A DNA stretch of 64,000 nt from Phoronis australis (Eukaryota > Animalia > Phoronida). The stretch lies in contig NMRA01000580.1 of the NCBI GenBank assembly GCA_002633005.1, positions 124,001 through 188,000 of the forward strand, given 5' to 3'. The stretch's first letter is position 1, and each line of letters starts with the position of its first letter. Below the pieces are notes generated by a model. That model made no database searches. It saw only the letters and a list, made by a program, of their open reading frames with translations, and had not been told where the DNA came from. Both the position numbers and the translations under genes were made by a program. Positions 44,764-57,556 of this stretch are shown here, piece by piece.

Positions 44764-45379
44764 CAGCAACATGTTCATTGATTCAATTTGTTGACATCAA
44801 AACCAACAACAACAATACATACCTCAAGATTTTCCTACTTCAATCGCCAACATTCACGGTAAAGCGAAGAGCACAAATAACTTCAAGTGCTTGGTCTAAT
44901 GCGCATGCTCATAACACCCCTCGCGACATCTTCAGAACGCTTACATCAACTAAAAACAGCAACATTATTTATATGTTACTCTATGAGAACGCTGATTGGG
45001 TACAGCAAAAATAGGTCAAATGTTCAAGGGGCCTTCCAATTTATCTTCCGTTCGTCAGAACCTGTAAGAGTCGACTTACAGGGCCAGAGGCAACCATGTT
45101 TTTTGACATCCTCATGCGAGGTAGGATGACATATTCGCAAATTACCGTCAAGAGCCTCTTCGCTTACTCTGTTTGTAATGTTGCTGTTTTTAGTTGATGT
45201 AAGCGTTCTGAAGATGTCGCGAGGGGTGTTATGAGCATGCGCATTAGACCAAGCACTTCAAGTTATTTGTGCTCTTTGCTTTGCCGTGAATGTTGGCGAT
45301 TGAAGTAGGAAAATCTTGAGGTATGTATTGCTTTTATTGGTTTCGATGTCAACAAATGGAATCAATGAACGTGTTGCTG
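44764..45379. mobile_element. 616-bp Tc1/mariner-type MITE with 204-bp TIRs
   Basis: 44764-44967 is the near-perfect reverse complement of 45176-45379; TA|CAGCAAC ... GTTGCTG|TA (TA TSD). Confidence 0.9.
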
Positions 45380-46758
45380 TAGCAGATAAAATGTTTGGGT
45401 CAAATTACTTTCAGATTTGACATGTTTGGGCTATTCCGGAAGTGCCCGGCAGACGGCCATGTTGAATGTCAGTTGTGTACCTTTTTCTTTATTCAGTGTA
45501 TAGTTGAGGGCTGATAAAAAGGTGCCTGAGCTTAGCCTAAGTCTAAGATTTGTCTTAACTTCCAAACTGTATATGGTAAGTTAGTCAAAATTAAGACAAA
45601 ACGTAAATCAAAACCTTAAGACCTCTTTTCTGAAACGAACTTGAGCAAATAAAAGTGTAACTGAAATTTAATGTCTTAGCTAAGTGAGTTTTGTTGGAAC
45701 GCAGGGGCCCCACGGTTACTCCACATTGAAAAACGCCAGTTATTCAGTGGGAGTAACTGGTTCTCAATCACTTTAAATCAAGGACCCACATGCCCCACCG
45801 CTACCTGGTAATAGTGGAATCGACAACCACAAGGAACGTCCGTCACGCCACTTTGACTCTGTCGTAGGATACCTAACACTAACAGTTACCGTGGTGGGTT
45901 CAGCCAGTGTAACAATTGTAAACATGACCAGACACAACCGTGAATTCCGATAACAATAATTTGGACACTTTTAAGCGAAACAAAATTAAACTTATTGCAT
46001 ATGAAACAGATGTGTCGGTTAATCCGCACTCAACCCATTCTTGTTACTTACCAAAACCGTTTACAAAGCCACACCAGTGACGGTATGGGCTGGAAGTTAA
46101 AACTTTGGCGCTTGAATATTCCGCGCGAAATATGTTCAGAGTCGCTGAATGAATTCTTGTCTATGATTGGCCAGCCAGATAGTCTTGGTTCCTTGGACGT
46201 CCGCTAGGTAGCGAAGAGTCATTCCTTTGCAGCGCCCCGTGTGAGCTCTGAATCAAGGCATTTGGCCGAACTGTCAAAGACGCCAAGCTAACGCAAGGCA
46301 TTGCGACTTGTATCATGTATAGAGGAAGCAAGTACACTAGCTGATCTGGGGAGAGCCTTTGATCTATGTTATGTAGCCGGATTGATCGCCCGGATCGGTT
46401 GCAGTATTTCCGTAGATTTGAAACAGGCCCGTATGAGCCAGCTAGCACTGAATGCCCGGGATCAGTAGTTCGAATTTCTAGAACAGTGCAGTGTACCTTT
46501 GATATTGTGCAAACGTCGGCACTAGAGCTCTCGGCGAGGCCCTTGACGCAGCAAAAAGGGATCTCCTCTACGTTCCTGCGATAAGACGAAATTTGTGACC
46601 AGAAATCACGATGCAAACGGTTGCTCGCAAAGCCTGAAAGAACTGCGGCAGCAGTCATTCGAATGTAATGTAGCCCAGTAATTAAACTATTGCGGGCCTT
46701 ACCGTTGAAAGTGTCTCGTTTATTTAGGGAAAGTTTTATTCTTTTACTTTACGGCATG

Positions 46759-46965
46759 GGCAGTGTGGCCTAGTGTGATAAGTGTGCGCTTTCTCAAAGT
46801 TTACTCGAGGTCGTGGGTTCGAGTCCCACTGGGTCACACTTCTAAACCCTCGGGTTTCTAGCTCCACAGCTGGGTTTTAACTAGATCTTTATATTAATAA
46901 GGCACAAACAGTGATCGGTGCAATGGGTCCACATGCGCGGCGTGCGCACGTCTGGTAAGCCTACA
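46759..46965 (+). mobile_element. tRNA-derived SINE (degenerate tRNA head plus body)
   Basis: A box TGGCCTAGTG and B box/T-arm GTGGGTTCGAGTCCCAC (46813-46829); acceptor and anticodon stems do not pair, so it is not a functional tRNA. The 3' boundary is approximate. Confidence 0.65.
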
Positions 46966-49900
46966 ATATGTATCAAACCGCCTGGAACTAATTTTTTTAC
47001 TCTTAACAATGCGTACATATGACATACCTGCACGTATGACATTGCAAAAAACATTGGTTCAAAACGGGTTTAGGGGGTTATGCAATAAATTGAGTACGTA
47101 CTTGCATTTCTAAAAGTGAATGAAGTTGTAATATTGATGAATTATCAATCAAGGCGATAAATAAATCAAATCCGTGTCAATGTCGCATCATTTCATAGCG
47201 TGACTGAAAGCCGGGTTTAGGACCACTGCGCCTCAACCTCATCCGGCAACGGAACCACTTGCATGACCTTACTGAAACTAAATGTAGTTAGTAGGCTATA
47301 CCTTGTCCCTGCCATTCTTCACAAAGTCGGAGAGTATCATTCAATCTTATAAAATTTAAAACCAGCGTTGGTCGCGGCAGTCCTCACCCGCGTCCTAACC
47401 TGTTGTCCCTGCATGCTTGAGCAGGAGTCGTACTTAGATTCAAGAATCACGATTGGCAGTAATTGCCGCGAACTGAGCTCATTTGTAAACAAAGTAACCG
47501 ATGTTTTAATAACTTTTAAACTCTTGCACACCCTTAAAATGGTTACTAAATGGACACAAAAAAAACTTTATTCATGTCAGTTCCGAGTCATTGAAGCAAT
47601 CAGAGTAATGAACTGTCGGAATTCAGGTTTCGCAATTGTGAACGTTCGATGTAAAAAACTTTCGAAGGTAGTGAACCTGTAGTGAACCTTCGGAGTACAA
47701 ATCGGCTGCGAGGCTGTGCACCCTTGGCAGCAGTTGTAGTACGAGTAGCTGCAACAATTTTGTTGTTGTTGTGCATCTATATCCTTGCTTTAACGCGGGA
47801 GAGGCTGGGTCTGGACCTTTTCCGCAGAGGTGGAATTCAATCGAACTCTCTAACCCCCCCCCCCCGTGAAAATTTCGCACGAGGTGTTGTGGATGGGTAG
47901 CAAACAAGAGCAAAGACACTAAGATGGTGCTAATGGAGTAAAACCCCGGCAGTTAAATGCAGTCAGTGATCAGAAGCCAAGCAGAAACCACAACTCATTT
48001 ATTCATGAACGCAACAAAATCAATTGCGAGACAATAGAAGTCCTGCTGAATACCGTTCTCAGTGCCGGTGGAAACTCGTGCCTAGCCAATGTAAGCATGC
48101 AGCTTAACACATTCCGAATTGCATAACATCCCGCGGCGGTGGGCCGTGGCCTGGCACGGCAGGAGCATGAGCATGGCTGTCTACCATCGTCGTGGAAAGC
48201 AAAGCGGGGTCTGCAGGGTTTGCGCCTTCTAGCTGTAATGCTTTTAAAGTTGAAAACTTATAGAGACCCTAGGTATTTTTCAACGTTAAAACTTTATGAC
48301 AAATGACCTAGGTCGTTTTTTTGTTCGTAATGGCTATTGCCCGCTGATATCAGAGGTCACCGTGATAGCCGGGTCATTTTTCAATCAATAAGTGATTGAA
48401 AAGTTAGTGCCCCCGCCCGCCGGCGAACTCGCGAGAAAAGTGGCCCTCTTAGGTTCACACTGTCGCATTCAACGGAGGAGGGGGTTTGACAACTGGAGAC
48501 TCAAAATCGCCGGCCGGTGCGACTCACAGGTGGTTCAGGTGCGGGTTCAGGACAGGACCGTGGTGCACTGGAAAAGTAGGCCTACCCGATACCTTTCCCA
48601 GAAGTTGGAATCTAAAAAGGAACCTATTTTGTGTAGCACCAGGGGAGTTTCCATCACTAGCATGGGTCCCCCTTTCGTAAGGATTTGTTCTAGAAACACC
48701 ACGCACGTATACGTATACCTTATATTTGTACAAACCATGCAGATCCATGTGCATGCATGCATGTTTGGGGACACCGATCTTTCCGCGAATGGCCAGCCGC
48801 CTAGTTTTGATTTTTAGCCAGCAGAAGCAGCACAAGATATGCCATTTTGGTCAAACATGTGAACATATCTTATGCAACCAAAGAATAGGTGAAATTGTGA
48901 TCTTCTGTCAATTGATTGTTGAGCACGAAAAAGTAAACTTTGCCGAGTTTCGAACTCACTCGGAACCCTTTTTAATCGGAAAACTGCAATTGCCCATTTG
49001 TCACTTCGTACTGGTCGTGGGTCCGGCCCCTCGCCCGGGGTCGACACGTATAACTACCCCCCGGCAAAGTGCTGGAGCATGCCAGGCCCGGATTTCTCTT
49101 CGGCGGCTTTAATGAGTTATATATAATAGGCGAGGTGCTGCGGCTGCATAATCAAAATTTAAACCAACAACCCGCGTACTTTAACGACCGGGAAAATGGG
49201 CACCCCAGACAATACTAAACCATGAAATTCCTGTCACCCGTTTTCACAGTTTTAAGCTTGCTGTTCACTGCCTAGAGAGCCCGCTTCGTGACTAAACATG
49301 TCAATAAATAAGTCGAATCCCCATAGATGTTGTTTCCGAACCCACAAACAGGTGTCTAAGTCACCGGTGTGAGTTCATGTTTGATTTGGATCCTGTGTGG
49401 AACAACTTATAATTCAAGTTTTTGCAATTCGTAAGTCCACTCTTGGAACCAGTTAAAGATCTCATATTCATTCATAGAAGTAGGTCCACACAAGAGTAAT
49501 GCGGAAAAAGGTCAGTTTAATACGAGACGTGGAAGCAGATGAACGTGAAACCCGGTCAGCTACATGTATACAGCATTATCGCTATAAAGCAGAAATGGTC
49601 GCTTCATATCGCTTTCGATGTCCCGGATATAGAAAAGATATTGACATATTTTTTCGTCTGAAAATACCGAATGTGGAGATTATTTTGACCGAGTCTGATT
49701 GGTAAGATGATACGCGCTGGGGTTGGCTTGTGAAGTAAATGTCTTGTTCTTGGCTCTGTACTGCACTTTCTGAGAGCACGTTGTGGTTCCCACCGATCTT
49801 CATCGTCACGATAATAAATGTTCAGCGGAAACAGAAATATTTCATGCGAATAAAAATACCGGATTCCTACTATTTTAAGTTAACGATGTTTTAAAAAATC

Positions 49901-50490
49901 AACCAGTGCTGTTCAAAAGGATACCAAACCCCGTTTCGATGTCAACCAATCCTCGTAGTGTCACCTGCTAATGCAACATAGGCGCCAATCTTGAAATATA
50001 AAAGCAGGATTCAACTAAGCATACAAAATCCCTAAGTCATAGATTGACACTGAAATTCGTGCTTGGTGGATTTTCCCACGGTGGCCGTATAATTAACTAA
50101 AAGCGCAGGTAGACTTTCGGAGAGAAGTTTTCAAACTTTCCTCCGAACTTTTGAATGTTGTCGAGGTTTACAGAGTATCATTTTGTTTCAGAGACTAAAT
50201 TGGGTGGTTAAGTGGTTTTTAATATCTGTTAATAGGCCAAAACCTGGTTTATGCCAGTTCAATGTCACAATTTTATAAATTAATCCTGATAACAAGATTC
50301 AGTGAGTTTTTACCGTACTTTAAAAAAGTCGTTTCAGTCTCATAGCCTGAGTTCAACTCGGCTTGATTAACTCAACTCCAATCTCAGGCACAACTTAGCA
50401 GAGATAGGAAATCATTAGCTTAACTCATCTGTCACGCCATGCAGGATATATACCTGCGTTCCTCCAGGAAGTGGATTTTAGCGAACTTAA

Positions 50491-52083
50491 AGGAGCATGC
50501 CACCCAAAACACAAACTAATTTGTATCAATTTAGATCGAGTGCATGTAGTTCTACTCCATAACGACACGTACGGTTGCGTTACCTGACGGCAGACGGAGG
50601 TGTTGAAATTATCCAATGAGGTCATCGGTTTCACACACAGTCTGTTCAGCAGTTCAAAACACTGGGTACTGGTGTCAGCTTATCACTTGAAATCATCGTT
50701 TAACACCAATAAATCATCAAACTTCGATGTAAAACCCTTAAAAATACACCGATTTCTTAAAAAAATGTGTTGTTTTATTTCGCTCTTACGGATTTATTGG
50801 TATTTGGACACACCGTAGCTCGGCAGGCCAATAAGGTCCTTGGAGTTTGGGGTCTGTTCGGAGATAATTTCGAAGTATTTTCCGTGAGATACAGACAGGA
50901 GAAGCTAGATCTGTGTTGTTTAGACTTGTGATTTTTTGAGTTCTAAACACAAAACGCTTGTTATCCCGGCCAGTGGCTAGGAAACTGATCAGACATCACG
51001 AACATAAACCAACCAAAGTTCAGTGGAAACTAAACTTCCAGTCAAGAAAATACTATACTAGTGAGCCAAAGTAATGTGTACCTGATTATGTTGGTGAATT
51101 ATCCCCGAAACTGTAAATCTACTTACTCGTCGGGGGCCGCGAATTTAGCCGGTTCGGCCGCTTTGGCCACTGACAGCACCCTCAGGGCAGAAGTTGTACA
51201 TTGACAATATTTGAGTAATGTAAATGTAAATAAAGATTCCTCTAACACCTGGCCGCGAGATGGAAATCGAGTTGTTTCACAACAGTTTCTGCCAGCAAAC
51301 ACTAAATTAGCATGAGCTCACACGGCCTCGGTGTCCCGTCAATTAGTTTTATTGCACCTAAAGCCGGTAACGCAGTGACTTATTCATTGCTGGCTTCTCA
51401 AATCATTTGCACTCACGAACACTCCAAAGGCATTAAAAATTGCATCTAATGAGATAGACTTTGTTTCAGTTTTATACAAGTATTGGTTAGGGTGAGAATA
51501 ATTCATTTTGAAACAGAACGCTCAGTAATAAACGCCCGAACATGGCACTCGCAACTTAGGACGACCTAGAGCTCATCAGTCCCGACTTCGCAGGTGGATC
51601 GTTAAGTTTTACAGGCTATCAATTCGAACAGGAATATAGTGATGAAGAAATACTAGAGAGGCGCGGTGAACAAGCTCAGACAACGGAACGTTGGTAAGCC
51701 GGCATTCGTCAGTCACTGTCGACGTCTGCAGGCCACAGACACGGAGATGTTTCACGGCCTCATACTTGTTATTTATAGCGTACATTTCATTCTTCAATAC
51801 CATGATCCACTTCCTAAACATTTCGGTCTCTCGAGGAAGTAAAAAAACGATATTCCCGCTTTCCTTGCAGCTGCTTAGTTCGGACAAGCGGAAACGATGC
51901 ACCGCAACATAGAGGCATTCACTCTGCATATGAACCACTGACGTCGCTAGCGTCGTTTCTCACCTTCCTCACAGGTCAACGCGACACCTCTTGGCAAGGT
52001 AAGATCGACCGTATGCGAGGCGAAGTGGATATAGACCGATTAACACCGCAAAAAAGACTAATTAAATGGGGTGGCATTCTCCT
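50491..52083 (-). mobile_element. Kolobok-type DNA transposon A (non-autonomous, 1593 bp)
   Basis: TTAA|AGGAGCATGCCACCC ... GGGTGGCATTCTCCT|TTAA (15-bp TIR, 1 mismatch; TTAA at 50487-50490 and 52084-52087; AG..CT ends) and an internal THAP relic. Confidence 0.85.
51726..51910 (-). pseudogene. Decayed THAP zinc-finger domain
   Basis: MLRCIVSACPN*AAARKAGISFF /frameshift/ LPRETEMFRKWIMVLKNEMYAINNKYEAVKHLRVCGLQ, matching the THAP pattern C-x4-C...F-x-P...W...VC; the terminal His is lost. Confidence 0.75.
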
Positions 52084-55000
52084 TTAAAGTCCTATGGTCC
52101 GAGGTATAGAAGAAAAAAAAAATTAACGCCGTTTAAGCTGGTTTTTTGATGTGACATGGAGTTCAAAAAGATATTAACTTTCAACTTGTCCAAAAAGTTT
52201 GAAAAAATCGTTGTAAATACAACAAACGAATAAAATGTCTACAAAGAATTTAATATCCGGGATGCTCTATTAGATGTAAACATTACAACAACGCATGCGC
52301 AGCGGCAGATATAGAGGTCAACAGAATTTATACAAATGGCGGAGAGAAGTAGGTCTATGTAGTGTACGTCCGAATGCGAAACGCAGTCGTCCTGCTCTAC
52401 GAGATTCAGAAAAAGACGCGTTAGCCAGTACAAAAAGCGGCATTACCAACAAACCGTGTACCTGTAAGCGACTCGTTCGATAGGTGAGAAACAATGAGGA
52501 CAAGACTGAATGTTCGAACTCGTGAAGGTTTTACATTACAACGATGCCAGGCTTTCGATGGACACGTAAGTCAGTAAGTGTGCTGTTTGTGAAATGTTCA
52601 ATGACTCGTTTACACGGTTAGAGCATTCACTGATGGCTAACTGATCTCATTCAGCATACATCGGACCCGAATCATTTTGAAGAGCCTCAATTCGATCAGC
52701 TGTTGAAGTTCAGTTTTTGTTCTAATGTCCTACTAGTAGTACTGATTCACGCCGACCCGGACTAGTTACACCATGATAGTGTTTTAACATGCAGTTAAAA
52801 CTGCAAAGGCTCTTTCATTCTAACGTCGACATGGCGATGTTTTGGGGCGTTGCAGTCAGTATGGAGAGTTAACTTCGGTCCTGAATCGAAGTTAACTGTG
52901 CCACATGACTTCACAGTAGATAAGCGGAGCGTCGATGCTGTGGTGTACGGTAGTATGAATGATCAACTTCGGTTACATCGAAGAAGTTATTGTCAGGGGC
53001 CACTGTTATCATCAACAATTGCAGGGTAGTGTCGCTGCTCATATCACCAATCGAATTAGAAATAGGTTTTTGTGTCTATTAGCACATGTCAATGTTCCCA
53101 AATTATCACATGTCCATGTTCCCAAATTATCACATTAAAAAATCCTAGTGTACAAGTGTTGCAACTGCACTACGTTGCGATTACTTCGATGACAACATTG
53201 TCAACTACAGTTTACTTAGACATCCAAAGCCGGTATAAACGGTTCAATTAACTTCACATTTTGTGTCGACACTCTGCTCAGACCGAAATTAAGTACAAAA
53301 GGGCTATTAGATCGAATTCAACTAACAGAACAATTTAACAGGTGGTGTTAAGAATTGTGGCGGGAGAGGGGGGGAGATGTTTGTAGGATGTGTTAGGGAC
53401 TTCACCTGGCGATGCCAATAGCTTTATTAGAAAGCTCATATCAGTGTTGGTCGTACTGAGTACAGTGGGGGAAGTCTTGGTCAAGATGGCTATACTTGAG
53501 AATGTCATTAGTTTTGCTTTATTTTTTCCAGTTAGGAGAATACTGACCACCTACAGGGGCCCCTGTAACCGTAACTTGAGCTTTCTTATTCCATTAAGTT
53601 TTAAAAGGAAGAATAGGTGTACTAAACTTATTCAGTTATTGATGGCCACTTTTCACTGTATTTCCATCTTAGACTGTGCAGGTTAGGAGAAAATGGTTAC
53701 TTGCAATCGCGATGGTCCAGGTACATTACTTGAACTCACAACCTCAAAAAATTAGCCAGTCAAATCACGTGATTGGAGTGCAAATCTTGTTTGCTCATGT
53801 CATGGAATTGCTCAATTTTCGAGTTGTGTATCGAATACAGAGATTAGGCTATGGGCTCTAACATAAGCCGGAATTTTCATCAATTATAAGTCTCTTAAGT
53901 CGCTGGCAGTTTAGAATAATGCTGTCTCGGCTACAAATTTTGCCTTCTGGTAATTAAATCAAAGTTATTTTAAGCAAAAAGGTTTGACAAATTGACTGAA
54001 AGTACATTCTTAAATCTTGTGATTGCTCCTGGTAAAATGAGTCAAATTGTATTTAAACCCTCCTTCATCATCTGTACTTTCAGAATGAGTGGTTTAGACA
54101 ACGCCCTCTACAAACTTCTTTGCAAGAGTCCCAGACTGGTCATCGCCTGAAAAAAACTTGAGGTATTGTTTCATTCATTTCCTTAATATCTCATGGAGTG
54201 ACATTTCACATTTTATTCAACTCAAAACTCAAAATCCTAACCAAAGATATCACTGTTTCGTTTACAGTATTTAAACATGCCTTGTTTAAAGTATGTTCAA
54301 TTTCTATTCAGGGATTCACCCAGGATTTCGAAAATAGGGTGTCCAAAATGGGATTCCCAATATTTCAGAGTGTCCGTGATTCCGACGAAGCATTACCCCT
54401 ACCACCGTGCAGTGCACCAGCAACCCCCTACACAGTGATTTTTTTACAAAAATACGTAGATCAAAGTGTTTACATCTGCGATTTCAAAATAACCCCCTGT
54501 AGCGAGCTTTTTTACTAAAAAACTGCTTGGACCTAGACTTTTACACATAAACTTATGAATACAACCAAGCAGCTTACCAGACAAATATTAGAGATATTTT
54601 TGAAGGATGAGTGCACTTCGCAGATGATGGTGTCACTGCTGTTCCATATTAAAACATGAAAATGCACATTGAAATGCACGAAACAGTGTTTCATTTGAGT
54701 TATTTATATTAGGTTTGTGTAAACCCTACTTTAGTGTGAAGTTTTTATTCTAATGTATAAGTGCATTGGAGGATGTCGAGTTGAGCAAAGAACATTTGTA
54801 ATGTAACTAATTTGCATGTGAAAATTTTCAACTCGCTTACACTGTAGTATAAATGCAAGCTAACTCCAGCTGCTGGTTGAAATTCTTTGCATCATCTTTG
54901 GTGTGGGGAGCAATTAGGATTTCTAAAAACCTTATCTTGAAAATTTGCCCTTTTAAACAGTACACACCATGGATTTTTGCACATTTTGAATTACCGGTGG

Positions 55001-55160
55001 CCACAAACTAAATGTATGACGTAAAATTTAGCTAAAGCCATGTTTATTTTGTGTAATTAGCTCGAAATTGTGATTTTTCTTTCAATTTTGCCAATTTTCA
55101 CATTTCCCGCCATGTGACGTCATGGGTTGAACACAAGAGAGCAGTGACTAGCATTGAACA

Positions 55161-57526
55161 ATGGCGGAAAGCAGGGAATTTGAAAGCGACGACGATTATG
55201 AGCAAAAATTGAAAGAATACTATGAAAAAACGTACGGGAATGGTGGCCAGGATGAGGAAATGGGGTTGCACGAAAGCGAGAATAAGTTTAATGTGCTTCC
55301 GGCAGCGTACTTTTCCACTTTGAGCCTTACGNTTGGTTTAATTGTACCACGTGATCTCTTTGTCTTGTTGCAACACTGGGCCATCGTCCACAATTCTCTC
55401 CAACTTTCATTTTTCACTCAATTTCTCTTTGAAGTTTCAGCACTCTCCGTCTCGTCACATCATTAAGGTATTGTACCTTGTTTACTGCTTGTTCTGGACT
55501 AAATATGCCACCTACACCTGTAGTTGTTTGATTTTGGGCAGTTCTTACGTGCGTTGGCTGGACGCCTATCTTAATTCGCCTGCGGCGACAGACCAGGGTC
55601 TGACCAATCTGGGTTTCCACGAGTCCTCTGTATCCATCAACTCCTTAGGGTTGTCCGGGGCCACCCTCGCCCCTGGCCCTCGTTCTGTTCGCCATTTAAC
55701 CCCCGCCATCGCGGAATTCTCGGCCACTTTAGTGTTCCTACAGATCGCCGGAAACGACCTGTCTCATCCCCAGTCTCACCCTTTGTCTCTGGCCCATGAC
55801 CTAATTTCGTTTTCCGAGTCTATCCTTCAGTCTTACCCTTCTGTGCAGTCAGTCATCATCGGCATGGTGTTCCTACGTTTCCACGATGACGGCACTTTTA
55901 ATACCCGTTGCCAATCCCTTAACTTTCACCTCAAATGCCTCCTCGCCGACCATCCCACAGTCTTCCTTTGGACCCATAGGGGCGGGTTCTGGCAGGATCC
56001 TTTACACCTTTACCGCCCCGACCTCATTCACCTCAACCATTCAGGCATCCGCAAAAGTGGGCGGATGCATCCTTCTGCTGCATCTGTGGCAGATTGTCAC
56101 CCACCTTTACAGTGCAACATGTTATATAACTTTTGTAATTACCGATATCTGTAGTAGTTTAGTTTGTCATAATATATATGACCTTTTATCTCAACTACAC
56201 GTGTTGTTTCACTGTAAACTAGCTTCGGTATCGCTTCGCAGTTAGCGCATATAAATGTATATTGCTATCTCTTCACTCTATACACTTTGTCTCTGATCCG
56301 AGCAGTATGGCGAACGACTTGGGTTCAACCCATGACGTTGTATATAATTATTATTTTCTTCAATTTTTGCGTGTTTCTTTATGAGTTGTGCACTAAAGGC
56401 ACTGAAATCTAGTAAGATATAATAATAAAATTTATTTTAAGGTACTAGAGTCATGTTGTGTACACTTTAAGATTCCATCTGACGATTCAATGTCACTGTT
56501 TCAGATTCATATATACACATCTGAGTTTTCAGTGTAGAGGCCTCAGAATAAATTTTAAACTGAATGTCGTCTTACAAATGCCACTACTGTCATATTTCAG
56601 GGATTCAGAGCTGTTGTTCACCCTTGTCCTTATCTTCTTTGTCACCTGCATCCTCACAGTCTGGATCAAAGGTTTGCGCCTCTTGTAAAGACTCTATGCT
56701 CTATTGGAATTTAAAGTAGATATAGGCATGCCTTATATGTCACGAAAACCAACTGTTCATTTAGACCATGTAACATTAGTATGATATTGATCTCGAATTG
56801 TTCCTTGATAAAAATAGGTGTGAATTTTGGCTTGAAAATCTCCAGCAATTTGTTACTACTTGAGAGTTTCTTTAGGTTGACGTGTCACAGCAAGCCATTT
56901 GGACATGGTCACAACCATAATGAACTGTGACAGTTCTTTGCAAGACAAAAACTTATTTCTCGCCTGAATGAGGAAAGTGGTTAACAGGGTTTATAGCCGC
57001 AGAAATTTTTCTGTGAAAATGCAACTCTATTTTCTCTCAATGTAGGTTTCTTGCTGCTTGTTAAAAGACTATATTAGTATGATCGGCTGCTGAGTAGCAC
57101 TTGGGACATAACCATGTTGCCATGAGTTCAATTTCTTGTCTTAGAACTCTAGGATCCACTTAACCCATAAAGTGTTTTGCAATGGCCATCAAAAGTTATC
57201 ATGATGCGATGGAGATTTATACAAAAAGTCAAATGGCAATACGTGCATTAGTTCTTGCACCATCTTTCTAACTTGCCACCTCTCACACTTGTTGATACTA
57301 GCATTCCGTTGGTGGTATAGATACAGTTATCATTACTTGTACCCAATTGTTGGTTTTCTTTGCACTGTATCTTTGGTTTTAGTGTTTCAGTGCTCAATTA
57401 TATTGTAACTTTTCACAATATTTTACACTTACAGGCTGCATAGGTACTTCAATGAGAAATCCAAAAGTAATGCTGTCAAGGATTGAGAAAGGTCTGTACT
57501 CCAGTGCCACCGGTGTCCATAAGTAG
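55161..57526 (+). pseudogene. Decayed spliced gene, tentatively Kolobok accessory gene kolX (P2X7 C-terminal-like)
   Basis: AACAATGGCG start (MAESREFESDDDYEQKLKEYY...) after TTTCCCGCC and TGACGTCA motifs. Exon-like pieces 56601-56671 (GFRAVV), 57046-~57140 (RFLAAC*..YI..; HLGHNH....ISC) and 57435-57526 (I...LYSSATGVHK*) resemble by eye kolX motifs GFxAVCL, RxxAYR, LGxxNRxxIPSC, IRxxFPxxxGxYxG. Stops and frameshifts present. Confidence 0.4.
55519..56090 (+). pseudogene. SGNH/GDSL hydrolase-domain ORF, probably a retroelement-derived fragment
   Basis: Within ORF 55342-56154: block I LILGSSYV (55537), block II GLSGAT, block III LQIAGNDL (55750), block V PDLIHLN (56020-56031). No in-frame ATG before block I; probable frameshift near 56055; distinct GC/CT-rich composition. 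Confidence 0.75.
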
Positions 57527-57556
57527 CAGATGCTTGAGAGAAAAACAAGGCGTGCA

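Noticed and set aside
46759-46836. Functional tRNA gene
   Set aside because: A and B boxes are present but acceptor and anticodon stems do not pair; treated as a SINE head.
48392-49112. Overlapping 100-140 aa ORFs in a CpG-rich patch
   Set aside because: ORFs on both strands with no recognisable domain; likely a by-product of higher GC in an unclassified repeat.
56601-57077. Transmembrane host gene reading DSELLFTLVLIFFVTCILTVWIKG/FLLLVKRLY*
   Set aside because: Needs a weak donor, ends quickly in a stop and lies inside a TIR-bounded element; the kolX-like frame fits the context better, though this reading is not excluded.
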